Source of the DNA: Candidatus Marinacidobacterales bacterium
GTDB taxonomy: Bacteria > Acidobacteriota > Vicinamibacteria > Marinacidobacterales > DATDRI01
Length of the DNA stretch: 64,000 bases
Direction of reading: 5' to 3'
Assembly (NCBI GenBank): GCA_965219415.1
Contig: CBDCNP010000002.1
Location: 1,824,001-1,888,000 of the forward strand
The notes under the pieces were generated by a model. The model made no database searches. It was not told the origin of the DNA and was given only the letters and a program-made list of their open reading frames with translations. Below are positions 44,702-53,045 of this stretch, piece after piece; the stretch's first letter is position 1, and every line of letters starts with the position of its first letter. Both the position numbers and the translations under genes were made by a program.

Positions 44702-45332
44702 GGTGCCCTCTCACCGTTGAAAGGCGTTTCCGGTCGTCCGCCTTCGGGCTGGATGCGCACCTCCATGCCGTCGGTGACCGCTCCCAGCGGGGAGAGCAAG
44801 ACCCTTTCTCCGTCCTCGAGCCCGTCCCGGACAACTAGCTCTTGATGTGTTTGGCGAAACACGTCGACCTCGCGAAACCGGAGTCGATTCGAAGAGTCGA
44901 CGATCAGAACGTTTCCATCGCTCCTTAAAGCGGCGCGGGGTAGGACCGCAACGTTTTCGGCAACAATTCCCTGTATCTCCGCCTCCACGAACATTCCCAC
45001 TGCCAGCGGTGGGCGCTCGCTTTGTTCGGCACGGCCGTATGGGTTTTCGATTTCCACGACCGCGTGCACCATTCGGCTGGTGCGGTCGATCTCCCCTTCG
45101 GTACGCACAATGCGGCCTTTCCATTCGAACTCTTTGCCCGCGAAATCGGCGCGAAGCCTCACCTCCGGGCCGGCCTGTGCGCGGCTTTCCCCCCGATAGA
45201 CGAGCGGCAGATCCAGATAGGCCAATTCGGTATCGGGTAAGGGAAGCCGAATCTCCGCTTTGTCGATAGCGTAGATGGTTGCCAAGGGACTTCCGACGGT
45301 CACGAACTGTCCAAGGTCGACGTTCTCTTGGC
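44698..45332 (-). pseudogene. RND periplasmic adaptor (MFP), N-terminally truncated
   Basis: VDLGQFVT.G..LATIY, WKGRIVRTEGEID, LAVGMFVEAEI, LPRAALR, GLEDGERV. Confidence 0.88.
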
Positions 45333-45575
45333 TGTGCATCGTCAAAACTGCTCCGCCCACGAAATCAAGGACTTACGCTCCGCTTGAATTCCGGGCCGAA
45401 GACGGCGAAACTCCGCCGCTATGCTCAACGTTGTTGTCTTCCTCGTCTCACTTGGCGTCCGTGCCATTCGGGCGATGTGTCGGCACCGCGCCGACCTGGT
45501 GTTGGAGAACGTCGCTTTGCGGCAGCAAGTGACGGCGCTGAAGAAAGAGCGCCCACGCCCACCGCTCGACGACAA
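45333..45575 (+). pseudogene. rve/IS481-like left end and transposase N-terminus (family J)
   Basis: TGTGCATCGTCAAAACTG; MLNVVVFLV...RADLVLENVALRQQVTALKKERPRP. Confidence 0.8.
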
Positions 45576-45820
45576 GTGAAGTGAAACTCGGATGCTCCGG
45601 TAGTTTTTCTAAGCTCCGAAAGGGCTGCCGGAAACTGCCTCCACACCTCGCCAATGTGCTCCTTTGGAACCACGACGGCGACCCATGACTTTCGACTAGC
45701 GCGAAGATGCGGGGGCGTGTTCCGCAGGCCTGGGGATCCCGTGTCATCAACGAAGATTCCATGAATGGAACCGGCACGCTGTTGATCGATGAAGTTCTGA
45801 TATCGAAATTTAGGTTTCAC
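45576..45820 (-). pseudogene. DUF3800-like protein, N-terminal stub
   Basis: IFVDDTGSPG ... SEFHF pattern. Confidence 0.5.
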
Positions 45821-46084
45821 GGGAGAAGGAATACCACGCCTAACTACAAATTAGACTGTTTCCGCCTAAAATCCCCAACACTGCATGACGCCGCTTCCCA
45901 TCACGCGGGCCGCCTTCGTGAACGTATTGGAAGCACAGGGCTTATGGGAATCGGTCCTGGAGATATAATGCAGGAACTTGCAGGGTGCTTCCGCCATCAA
46001 GTGATGGAATGGACTCCTCCACTGACATAGACGGCATCGATGTGCCAAAGTCAGTCGAATACGCATCGAAAAGGAGGAGTCCGA

Positions 46085-47116
46085 ATGAAAGATACGACAA
46101 TCGCTGTGGATCTTGCAAAGAACGTCTTCGAGATTGCCATCTCGGGAGAAGCGGGGAAGGTGTCCAAGCAACTCCGTGTGAGTCGACCCAAATTGGTGTC
46201 GTTCTTTGCCAAACAGAGCGCTGCCACCGTGCTTCTCGAAGCCTGCGGCTCGGCTCACTTCTGGGCAAGGACGTTCCGAAGGTTGGGACACGACGTCGTC
46301 CTGCTCCCACCTCACCTCGTGAGGCCGTATCGACGCGGGAGCAAGAACGACCGCGCCGACACGAAGGCGTTGCTCGAGGCCTACAGGAACGAGGAGCTTC
46401 TTCCCGTACCCATCAAGTCCGTGCACCAGCACACCCTCGCTGCGCTCCATCGCCTGCGCTCAGGATGGCTCTCCACACGGACCGCACGCATCAATGCCGT
46501 ACGCGGGCTCCTGCGCGAACTCGGATTCATCATCCCAAAGGGCGCTCACTTCGTCGTGCCCGCCCTCTTCGAACTCGTCGAAGACGCTGATTCTGATTTG
46601 CCCGACGTGCTCCGTTCGCATCTCCGTGATGCCTGCTCCGAGATTCGAGAACTCAAGGACAAGTGCGCTAGCATCGAGCACGAGCTCAAGGCGCTCACCA
46701 AGCAGCTTCCTGAAGTCCAACGACTTCTCGCCATTCCCGGCATCGGACTTCTGGCCGCGACCGCCATCGTGGGCTTCGTCGGCGATCTTCGCCGCTTCCC
46801 ATCGGGGCGCCGCTTCTCGAGCTACCTCGGCCTAGTTCCCAAGGAAAACTCCAGTGGCGACATTCGCCGCCTCGGACGCATCACCAAGCGTGGCGACTCC
46901 TACCTCCGTATGCTCCTCACCCAGGGCGGGCGCGCCGTGCTCCGCGCGGCGAACGTCAGCAAGAGCCCGCCCGACAAGCTCCGCGCCTGGGCTCGGAAGG
47001 TCCACCGCTCGCGGGGACACAACAAGGCCGTGATTGCTGTCGCCAACAAACTCGCCCGGATCGTCTGGGCCGTCTCCACCCGCGAGAGTGAATTCCAGTC
47101 GCCGGTGGCCGCTTAG
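46085..47116 (+). CDS. IS110/IS1111 DEDD recombinase
   Basis: IAVDLAKNVF, LEACGSAHFW, KNDRAD, IPGIG, YLGLVPKENSSG, ITKRGDSYLR, AVANKLARI. Confidence 0.96.
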   Translation: MKDTTIAVDLAKNVFEIAISGEAGKVSKQLRVSRPKLVSFFAKQSAATVLLEACGSAHFWARTFRRLGHDVVLLPPHLVRPYRRGSKNDRADTKALLEAYRNEELLPVPIKSVHQHTLAALHRLRSGWLSTRTARINAVRGLLRELGFIIPKGAHFVVPALFELVEDADSDLPDVLRSHLRDACSEIRELKDKCASIEHELKALTKQLPEVQRLLAIPGIGLLAATAIVGFVGDLRRFPSGRRFSSYLGLVPKENSSGDIRRLGRITKRGDSYLRMLLTQGGRAVLRAANVSKSPPDKLRAWARKVHRSRGHNKAVIAVANKLARIVWAVSTRESEFQSPVAA

Positions 47117-47189
47117 ATTTAGAGGCTCCACTTTCGTGTTTTCCTTTTTCCCTTCCAAAAGAGGCTGCGACGATACCCATCCAACTGAT

Positions 47190-47345
47190 GGCGTACCGGT
47201 CGGACCGGCGCGGGGTCAAGCCAATAGCAACACTGGCCCTAAGAGGTCGTTCAAAGTGATTGGCTCCTCGCGCGCGGATTTTCCATCATGGCCCGGAGCA
47301 CCCAAGACGCTCCTCACTGAGGCCGAAGATACGTTTGCAGTCTGA
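47190..47345 (+). ncRNA. Predicted bridge/seek RNA of the IS1111 element (boundaries approximate)
   Basis: Stem GCCAAT/ATTGGC enclosing target matches; second loop with TTCCATCAT and AGATACG matching the element's own end junction. Confidence 0.75.
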
Positions 47346-47570
47346 CCCACTCGTCACGACGCGATGGATGCGCAGCTTCGATGGAAGATTTATTAAGAAA
47401 GGGGCGTGACTAGAAAGAAAGGGGCTTGACTAGAGGAGTCCAGATATGTTGCTACGCGGCTGCGGGCAGTGGTACAGGCGCGGAAGAGACCGGGTTGCGC
47501 GCCCCCGCTGGTCCAAATACTCGAACGCCCAGTTCGCCAATCTCATACAGCTCGAGTTTATGGAAGGGAC

Positions 47571-47957
47571 AGGGACTACAGCGAGCGGCGGAAACAACTC
47601 GGACGGCCCCGGGTCATGGCGGAGATTAGCGAGCTCGTTGTGGGGATGGCTCAGTATCATGGAGAGCGCAACCATCAAGGGCTCGGGAACGTGTTGATCG
47701 AAGCGGAAGAATGCGTCGGTAGTCCCGACGGGAAGGTGCGATGTCGTAAGCGATTGGGCGGCTTGCTCAGTTACTACCACCGCGCCGCCGCATAGGAGTT
47801 CGGGCGCGCCAGCTGGACGGAACGGATGTTCTGGAGGAGAGCTTCTGCTCGGGGTCGCCTATCGCAGCTCCAGTGCCGCGTCGGCTGGTCCCCGCGAATT
47901 TCGACAACGCCTCTAGGATTAGAGATTTCGGCTCCGTTCGCATTTTCGGACACGACG
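47571..47957 (+). pseudogene. Family-F transposase remnant (internally deleted) and right end
   Basis: DYSERRKQLGRPRV... fused to YHGERNHQGLGN...RLGGLLSYYHRAAA*; ends TTTTCGGACACGACG. Confidence 0.82.
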
Positions 47958-48181
47958 CCGTCGTGCTCCGCAAAGAGTCGATCCAGTGTTGATTGCGCGG
48001 TTTAGACCTGCCATGATCGGCGGCTGCTTCGCGCCGATCGAAACGACGACGCCACCGGTGCTTTCGCTGTCAAATGTTGGCGGCCACCGCGTAACCCGTT
48101 CGCGTCCTAGAGTTTGAGCCTGATTTCGAGAGGCGTGGTTTTTTCGTCGATGCCGACTGGGCCGAGTTTTGGCACAGGACG

Positions 48182-48666
48182 GGGTGCGCGGGCTCGAAGA
48201 TGACGACATCGCCAGCATCTTCGATGCATTCCAGCAAAATCGAAATTGGGAAGAGGCTCGAAGGTACGGCTTCATTTCAGCCGGCGGTGGTCGGTGGTAC
48301 ACGAAGAGCTTGGAGATGTTGCACGAAGGCGCTCGCATTTGGGTCTACATACCCGGCACAGGCTATGTTGGCGTCGGGCGAATACTTGAGAAATCGGTGC
48401 CGGTCTCCGAGTTCTTGATAGATGACGACCACGGCAAGTCTGTGCCGATCACGAACCTGCCGCTCGCGATCGCGAAAAGCAATGTCGATGATCCTGAGAA
48501 GATGGAGCATCTTGTCAAGGTCGAGTGGATCAAGACCGTTCCGGTTGCTGAGGCTGTTCTCGAGAAAGGGTTTTTTGCAAACCAACACTCTGCCGCGAAA
48601 CCAAGGGCAAAGAAGTGGCAGCATACGGTTGATAGACTTCGCGTGGGATTTGGCGTGACGGACTGA
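48182..48666 (+). pseudogene. C-terminal domain of a putative NucS/DUF91-like nuclease
   Basis: RNWEEARRYGFISAGGGRWY...RIWVYIPGTGYVGVG...VKVEWIKT; no own start; between two inward-facing family-A ends. Confidence 0.55.
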
Positions 48667-48675
48667 CGCCGTCCC

Positions 48676-48822
48676 CGTCCTGTGCCAAAACTCGGCCCTT
48701 TAGAAATAGACCACAAATCAGCAGCTTAGACGCCCTTGGAATCCGCGCAGAATCCAGGGTATTTCGCGCCGCAGGGCTGACTTCCGACCCATGGGCTGGC
48801 GGATGAATAAATAGAAGGCACA
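48676..48822 (-). mobile_element. MITE-A
   Basis: Full reverse copy, followed by a family-E end (about 48827-48908) homologous to about 7484-7566. Confidence 0.9.
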
Positions 48823-48928
48823 GCTACCTACCCCTGCAAAACCCCGCCAACCGCGCGGAAAATCTCACCCGTCTCTGCAGTGCCACAATTTGCCAGACTG
48901 GGTGGCGGAGGCACGCGGATTCAATCCT

Positions 48929-51259
48929 CTAGTCCGGCTGGCGTGAGGCGCGGCGCATCATCTGCTCGGCTTCTTGGGTTTTTCCAGTAAGGCGATAGGC
49001 TTCGGCGAGATTCTCCATGACCATGCGATTGTTCGGAGCCGCTCTCAAGGCTTGCTCGAAGTGAGGGATTGACTCCGAACAACGGTCGAGCCTGCAAAGT
49101 GTTGTGCCTAAAGCGTTTCTTGTCGAGGGATCTTCTCGTAGCTGGAGCGCGGACTCGAAGGCGGGGATCGCATCTTCGCCCCTACCGACTCGAGAAAGAA
49201 TGACTCCACGATCGTGGTACGCCGGAGCGAAGTTGGGATCAAGGGCGATTGCTTTGTCCAATTCGTCAAGGGCCTCCGGTATCCTCTCTGTTTCACGAAG
49301 AATCGCGCTCAAAGTGTAGTGAACTTGGAGATCTTCGGGACCAGAGCGCAACAATTTTTCCGCTTCCGGGAGCTCCCCGAGCTGCGCCACCAAATGCGCG
49401 TACTCTGCAAGGGCCTTCCCGTTCTCCGGATCTATCTGGACGGCGCGAGCATATTCCGCCCTGGCGTCGTCGAATTGCTTCAGGCCTCGATGGTAGCGAG
49501 CCAAACCGAGACGCGCATCCGTCCTTGCATCGTCGATACGAGCCGCCTCTTGGAAACGCTCGTAGGCTTGCTGCGATTGTCCTTGTGTTAGATAGAGATA
49601 CCCGAGCCGTTCATGAGCACGAGCGAAACGGGAATCCGCTTGGATAGCGGCCTTGAACTCCTTCTCTGCCTCCACCAAATTCCCTTGTCGCCACAGCAGG
49701 TTTCCGAGAGAAAGGTGAGGCAATGGTCGATCGGGGGCAAGTGCCGAGATGCGGCGGTACAAATCGATCGCCTCACCACGAGAACCCTGCTTGTTGCGGG
49801 AGATGGCCAAATGCTCCATCGCCAGAAGGTTGGTAGGGTCCTCTTCCAGAATCGCCGCCGCCTGTCGGGCGGCTTCTGCGTAGTCGCCTTGACCGATGTG
49901 ATGAATTACCCACTGAGACTTATCCCAAAGGTATAGACGATCCTTTGGATCCAAGAGCTCCTCGCCATCGTCACCGGCGTGGCCACCACCGCCCGCGTAA
50001 CCCAAGCTGCGCAGTCTGGCGAGCGTCTCCGGATCCGGTTGGTGTCGCGCAGAGAACGAACCGGGCCAACTCGCATGCAAAGACTCGAGATCGGTTTTCA
50101 TGCGTTCGGCGAGTTTCGGATCTGCGCCAAGAATATTCTCGCTCTCGTCCGGATCCTTCGATAGATCGTAGAGCTCTCGACGCGGGGCTTCGATGTACTT
50201 GAATCCGTCTTGCCGTAGTGAGACGAGGGGAGCCCATCCGAAATTCAATTGAGAGACGTAGCATTCGCTGTAAGCCGTAGCCTTCTCGGAATCTGCCCCA
50301 TCGATCAGGCCCATTAGGCTGACACCTTGCACGGTGTCCGGAGCGGACACGCCTACCAGTTCCAGGACGGTTGGAAATACGTCGACAAGTTCCACTCGCG
50401 ATGGAATGCTCCGATCCTTCGGGAGAGATGGCGAGCTCGTCAGGATGAGGGGAACCTTCAACGTCGCGTCGTAAACAAAGAAGCCATGGGTTCGCTCACC
50501 GTGCTCCCCCAGCGACTCCCCGTGATCGGCGGTAAAGACAACGAGCGTGTTCTCCATCAACCCTCGCGCCTCAATCTCCTTTAGCAGCACACCGATCTGT
50601 TCATCCACGTAGGCAATCTCACCATCGTAAGGAGACGAAGCGAAACGTTCTCGAAACGGGGAGGGGGAAGCGTAGGGCGTGTGAGGATCGAAGAGATGCA
50701 CCCATGCGAAGAACGGCCTTGCTTCGTCCGTCTCGCCGAGCCACCGCCTGAACGCATCAACGACCTCGTTCGCAGGCCTCTCCGAGAACGTACCGACCGC
50801 CTCGTCGTCTCGTGCCTGCATGCGGGCATCGTAGACATCGAATCCCTGGCCGAGGCCGAAGCTCGCGTCGAGAACATAGGCTCCCACGAAAGCACCGGTT
50901 TGATAGCCGGCCGATTGGAGTATCTCGGCGAGCGTCAACGCTTCGGGATCGAGACGAAAGTACGTGTTGTCGCGGACGCCATTGACCGGCGGAAACGTGC
51001 CCGTTAGGAGACTGACATGGGAAGGAAGCGTGACGGGAACCTGGGCGATGGCCTCTTCGAACAAGACGCCCTGGCTCGCCAGTCGGTCGATGTTCGGCGT
51101 AGCGGCGCGCGAATAGCCGTAGCACCCCAGACGGTCGGCCCGCAGCGTGTCGATGGTAATGAGAAGAACGTTCTGGCCTGACTGCGGTTGAACCTTCGGC
51201 GTACTGCAGCCACAGAGAAAACTAAAGAGAAGGAAGAAATTAGTCGCGAGGGTTTTCAT
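48929..51259 (-). CDS. Sulfatase-like hydrolase with C-terminal TPRs
   Basis: NVLLITIDTLRAD, TLPSH, WVHLFDPH.PY, YDGEIAYVD, TADHGE; TPR helices. Confidence 0.9.
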   Translation of the reverse strand: MKTLATNFFLLFSFLCGCSTPKVQPQSGQNVLLITIDTLRADRLGCYGYSRAATPNIDRLASQGVLFEEAIAQVPVTLPSHVSLLTGTFPPVNGVRDNTYFRLDPEALTLAEILQSAGYQTGAFVGAYVLDASFGLGQGFDVYDARMQARDDEAVGTFSERPANEVVDAFRRWLGETDEARPFFAWVHLFDPHTPYASPSPFRERFASSPYDGEIAYVDEQIGVLLKEIEARGLMENTLVVFTADHGESLGEHGERTHGFFVYDATLKVPLILTSSPSLPKDRSIPSRVELVDVFPTVLELVGVSAPDTVQGVSLMGLIDGADSEKATAYSECYVSQLNFGWAPLVSLRQDGFKYIEAPRRELYDLSKDPDESENILGADPKLAERMKTDLESLHASWPGSFSARHQPDPETLARLRSLGYAGGGGHAGDDGEELLDPKDRLYLWDKSQWVIHHIGQGDYAEAARQAAAILEEDPTNLLAMEHLAISRNKQGSRGEAIDLYRRISALAPDRPLPHLSLGNLLWRQGNLVEAEKEFKAAIQADSRFARAHERLGYLYLTQGQSQQAYERFQEAARIDDARTDARLGLARYHRGLKQFDDARAEYARAVQIDPENGKALAEYAHLVAQLGELPEAEKLLRSGPEDLQVHYTLSAILRETERIPEALDELDKAIALDPNFAPAYHDRGVILSRVGRGEDAIPAFESALQLREDPSTRNALGTTLCRLDRCSESIPHFEQALRAAPNNRMVMENLAEAYRLTGKTQEAEQMMRRASRQPD

Positions 51260-52994
51260 TCTCTAGTCGCTGATACGCTTCCATTTGCTCCGCCGAGTCG
51301 GCTTCGCGCCCGATCATCCTGTAGACTTCTGCGAGGTTCAGCCGTGCCACGGCGTAGTTAGGATCGAGGCGCACGGCTTCTTCGAAGTGGGACGTCGCCT
51401 TGACTATTTCGCCGCGTTCCGAATAGATGACGCCCAATCCGTTGTGAGGTAGAGCCACCTCGAGATTCGCAGCGACCGCCCTCTCGTAGGTTTGAATCGC
51501 TTCGTCCTTGCGTCCGGTTCGCGAGAGGACAACCCCTAGATCGTTCAGGGCCAGAGCATGCTCGGACTCGATGGAAAGTAGTTTTTGTAAGACCGGCTCC
51601 GCACTTTGGAGGTCGCCGCCAGCCAGGTGGAGCGCGGCGAGCTGATAGAGTGCTGCGACATTGTCCGGCTCGAGAGACAGTGCCTTCTGGACCGCCGCTC
51701 CTGCCTCGTCGAGACTCCCTCGCTCGCGGAACAAGTCCGCCATGAGGATGTAGGCGGCCGTCTGGTCCGGTGCCACTTGAGCGCCTAGTTGCAACACTTG
51801 AAGCGCATCGTCGGGTCGACCTTGTTCCCGATAGAGCTGGCCTAGCTCCACGTAGCTCGTCAGGGCCCCTGGCGAGACAAGCTTTTGACTTTCGAAGCGA
51901 TCGACCTTGTCTTGAAGATCACTCAGTTCCTTGAATCGCTCGAGCACTGCTTGCGCTTCCTGCGGCTGGCCGGCTCTCGCCAACAAGCGTCCGAGTTGGT
52001 AGTGCGCGTCGGCCAGGTAAGGCTGCTCTTCGATGGCGAGGCGACAGTGCTCGATCGCGGCATCGGTCTCCCCCATCGCGGTGAGAATGCGCGCCAGCTC
52101 GGCATGGGCGGGAGCGCGTACCGAAGGCCTATCGAGTGACTTTTCGAGGGCCTGGACTGCCTCCTCCCGTCGACCCAGCTTCGAAAGCGTGATGCCCAAC
52201 TGAAATTGCGCCGACCCGTTCTCCGAGTCGAGCTCCACCGCTTTTTGAAACTGTCGCCTAGCTTCTTCGAACTGTCCCGAGTTCAAATGACAGTAACCGA
52301 GATCCACGAGAAGAGACGGGGTGACCGTCCCCGCTTCCACGATCGCGTCGAATTGCCCGATGGCTTTATCGAAGTCGGCGTGATTCATGTAGGCCCGGCC
52401 GAGAGCTTTCCTTAGGCGTGGGGTGTCCACGCCAGCAGCCAGCACCTGCTCGTACGCTTGGGCCGCGTGTTCGTAAAAGCCGAGCTTCTCCATCACCGAG
52501 CCGAGTTGGGCAGACGACTGGGCATTGCCGGGGTGAAGGACGAGCGCTGCTTCGAAAGCAGCTCGCGCTTCATAAAGCCTCCCTTCGATATGGTAAGCAA
52601 CGCCGAGAAGATGCTGGACCGCCGCGTCACCAGGCTTGATTTCGAGCAACGCGCGGAACAAGTTCTGCGCCTCTTCCGCCCTTCCTTGTTCCAACCGAAT
52701 GCGCCCGAGGTTGAAAAGCGCCGGAGTGTTCTTGGAATCGCCCTTCAAGACCGCTTCGAAGTCCGACGATGCCTCCTCGACGCGCTTCATCATTAGATAG
52801 GCACTCCCTCTCAGCAGATAAGCGGGAGCAAACCCGGGGGGTGAGCTCTTAAGAAGCGGGTCGAGAAGCGCTATCGCTACTTCCGGCTGTCGCTCCTCCA
52901 AGGCTTGCTTGGCCTCGTGCAGAACTTGGCCTGTAGAAGGTGCCGACGCCTGGAGAAAAACCGAAAGGATAGCTAGCTGAACGATGCCTGCCAA
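51240..52994 (-). CDS. Tetratricopeptide-repeat protein
   Basis: Signal-like N-terminus and many TPR-pattern repeats (A..NLG...A...P). Confidence 0.9.
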   Translation of the reverse strand: MAGIVQLAILSVFLQASAPSTGQVLHEAKQALEERQPEVAIALLDPLLKSSPPGFAPAYLLRGSAYLMMKRVEEASSDFEAVLKGDSKNTPALFNLGRIRLEQGRAEEAQNLFRALLEIKPGDAAVQHLLGVAYHIEGRLYEARAAFEAALVLHPGNAQSSAQLGSVMEKLGFYEHAAQAYEQVLAAGVDTPRLRKALGRAYMNHADFDKAIGQFDAIVEAGTVTPSLLVDLGYCHLNSGQFEEARRQFQKAVELDSENGSAQFQLGITLSKLGRREEAVQALEKSLDRPSVRAPAHAELARILTAMGETDAAIEHCRLAIEEQPYLADAHYQLGRLLARAGQPQEAQAVLERFKELSDLQDKVDRFESQKLVSPGALTSYVELGQLYREQGRPDDALQVLQLGAQVAPDQTAAYILMADLFRERGSLDEAGAAVQKALSLEPDNVAALYQLAALHLAGGDLQSAEPVLQKLLSIESEHALALNDLGVVLSRTGRKDEAIQTYERAVAANLEVALPHNGLGVIYSERGEIVKATSHFEEAVRLDPNYAVARLNLAEVYRMIGREADSAEQMEAYQRLENENPRD

Positions 52995-53045
52995 AGCGGA
53001 ACCCTTTTTTCTAGTTAGCCGGGCGAAGCAGAGGTGGGAGCCCGC

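Larger units (their letters stand above)
46002..47448 (+). mobile_element. IS1111-group (IS110 family) element inserted in an IS1-like terminal repeat
   Basis: Sub-terminal IR TGGACTCCTC (46010-46019) / GAGGAGTCCA (47433-47442); TG core at both ends; removing it restores GGTGCTTCCGCCATCAAGTGTTGCTACGCGGC. Confidence 0.92.
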
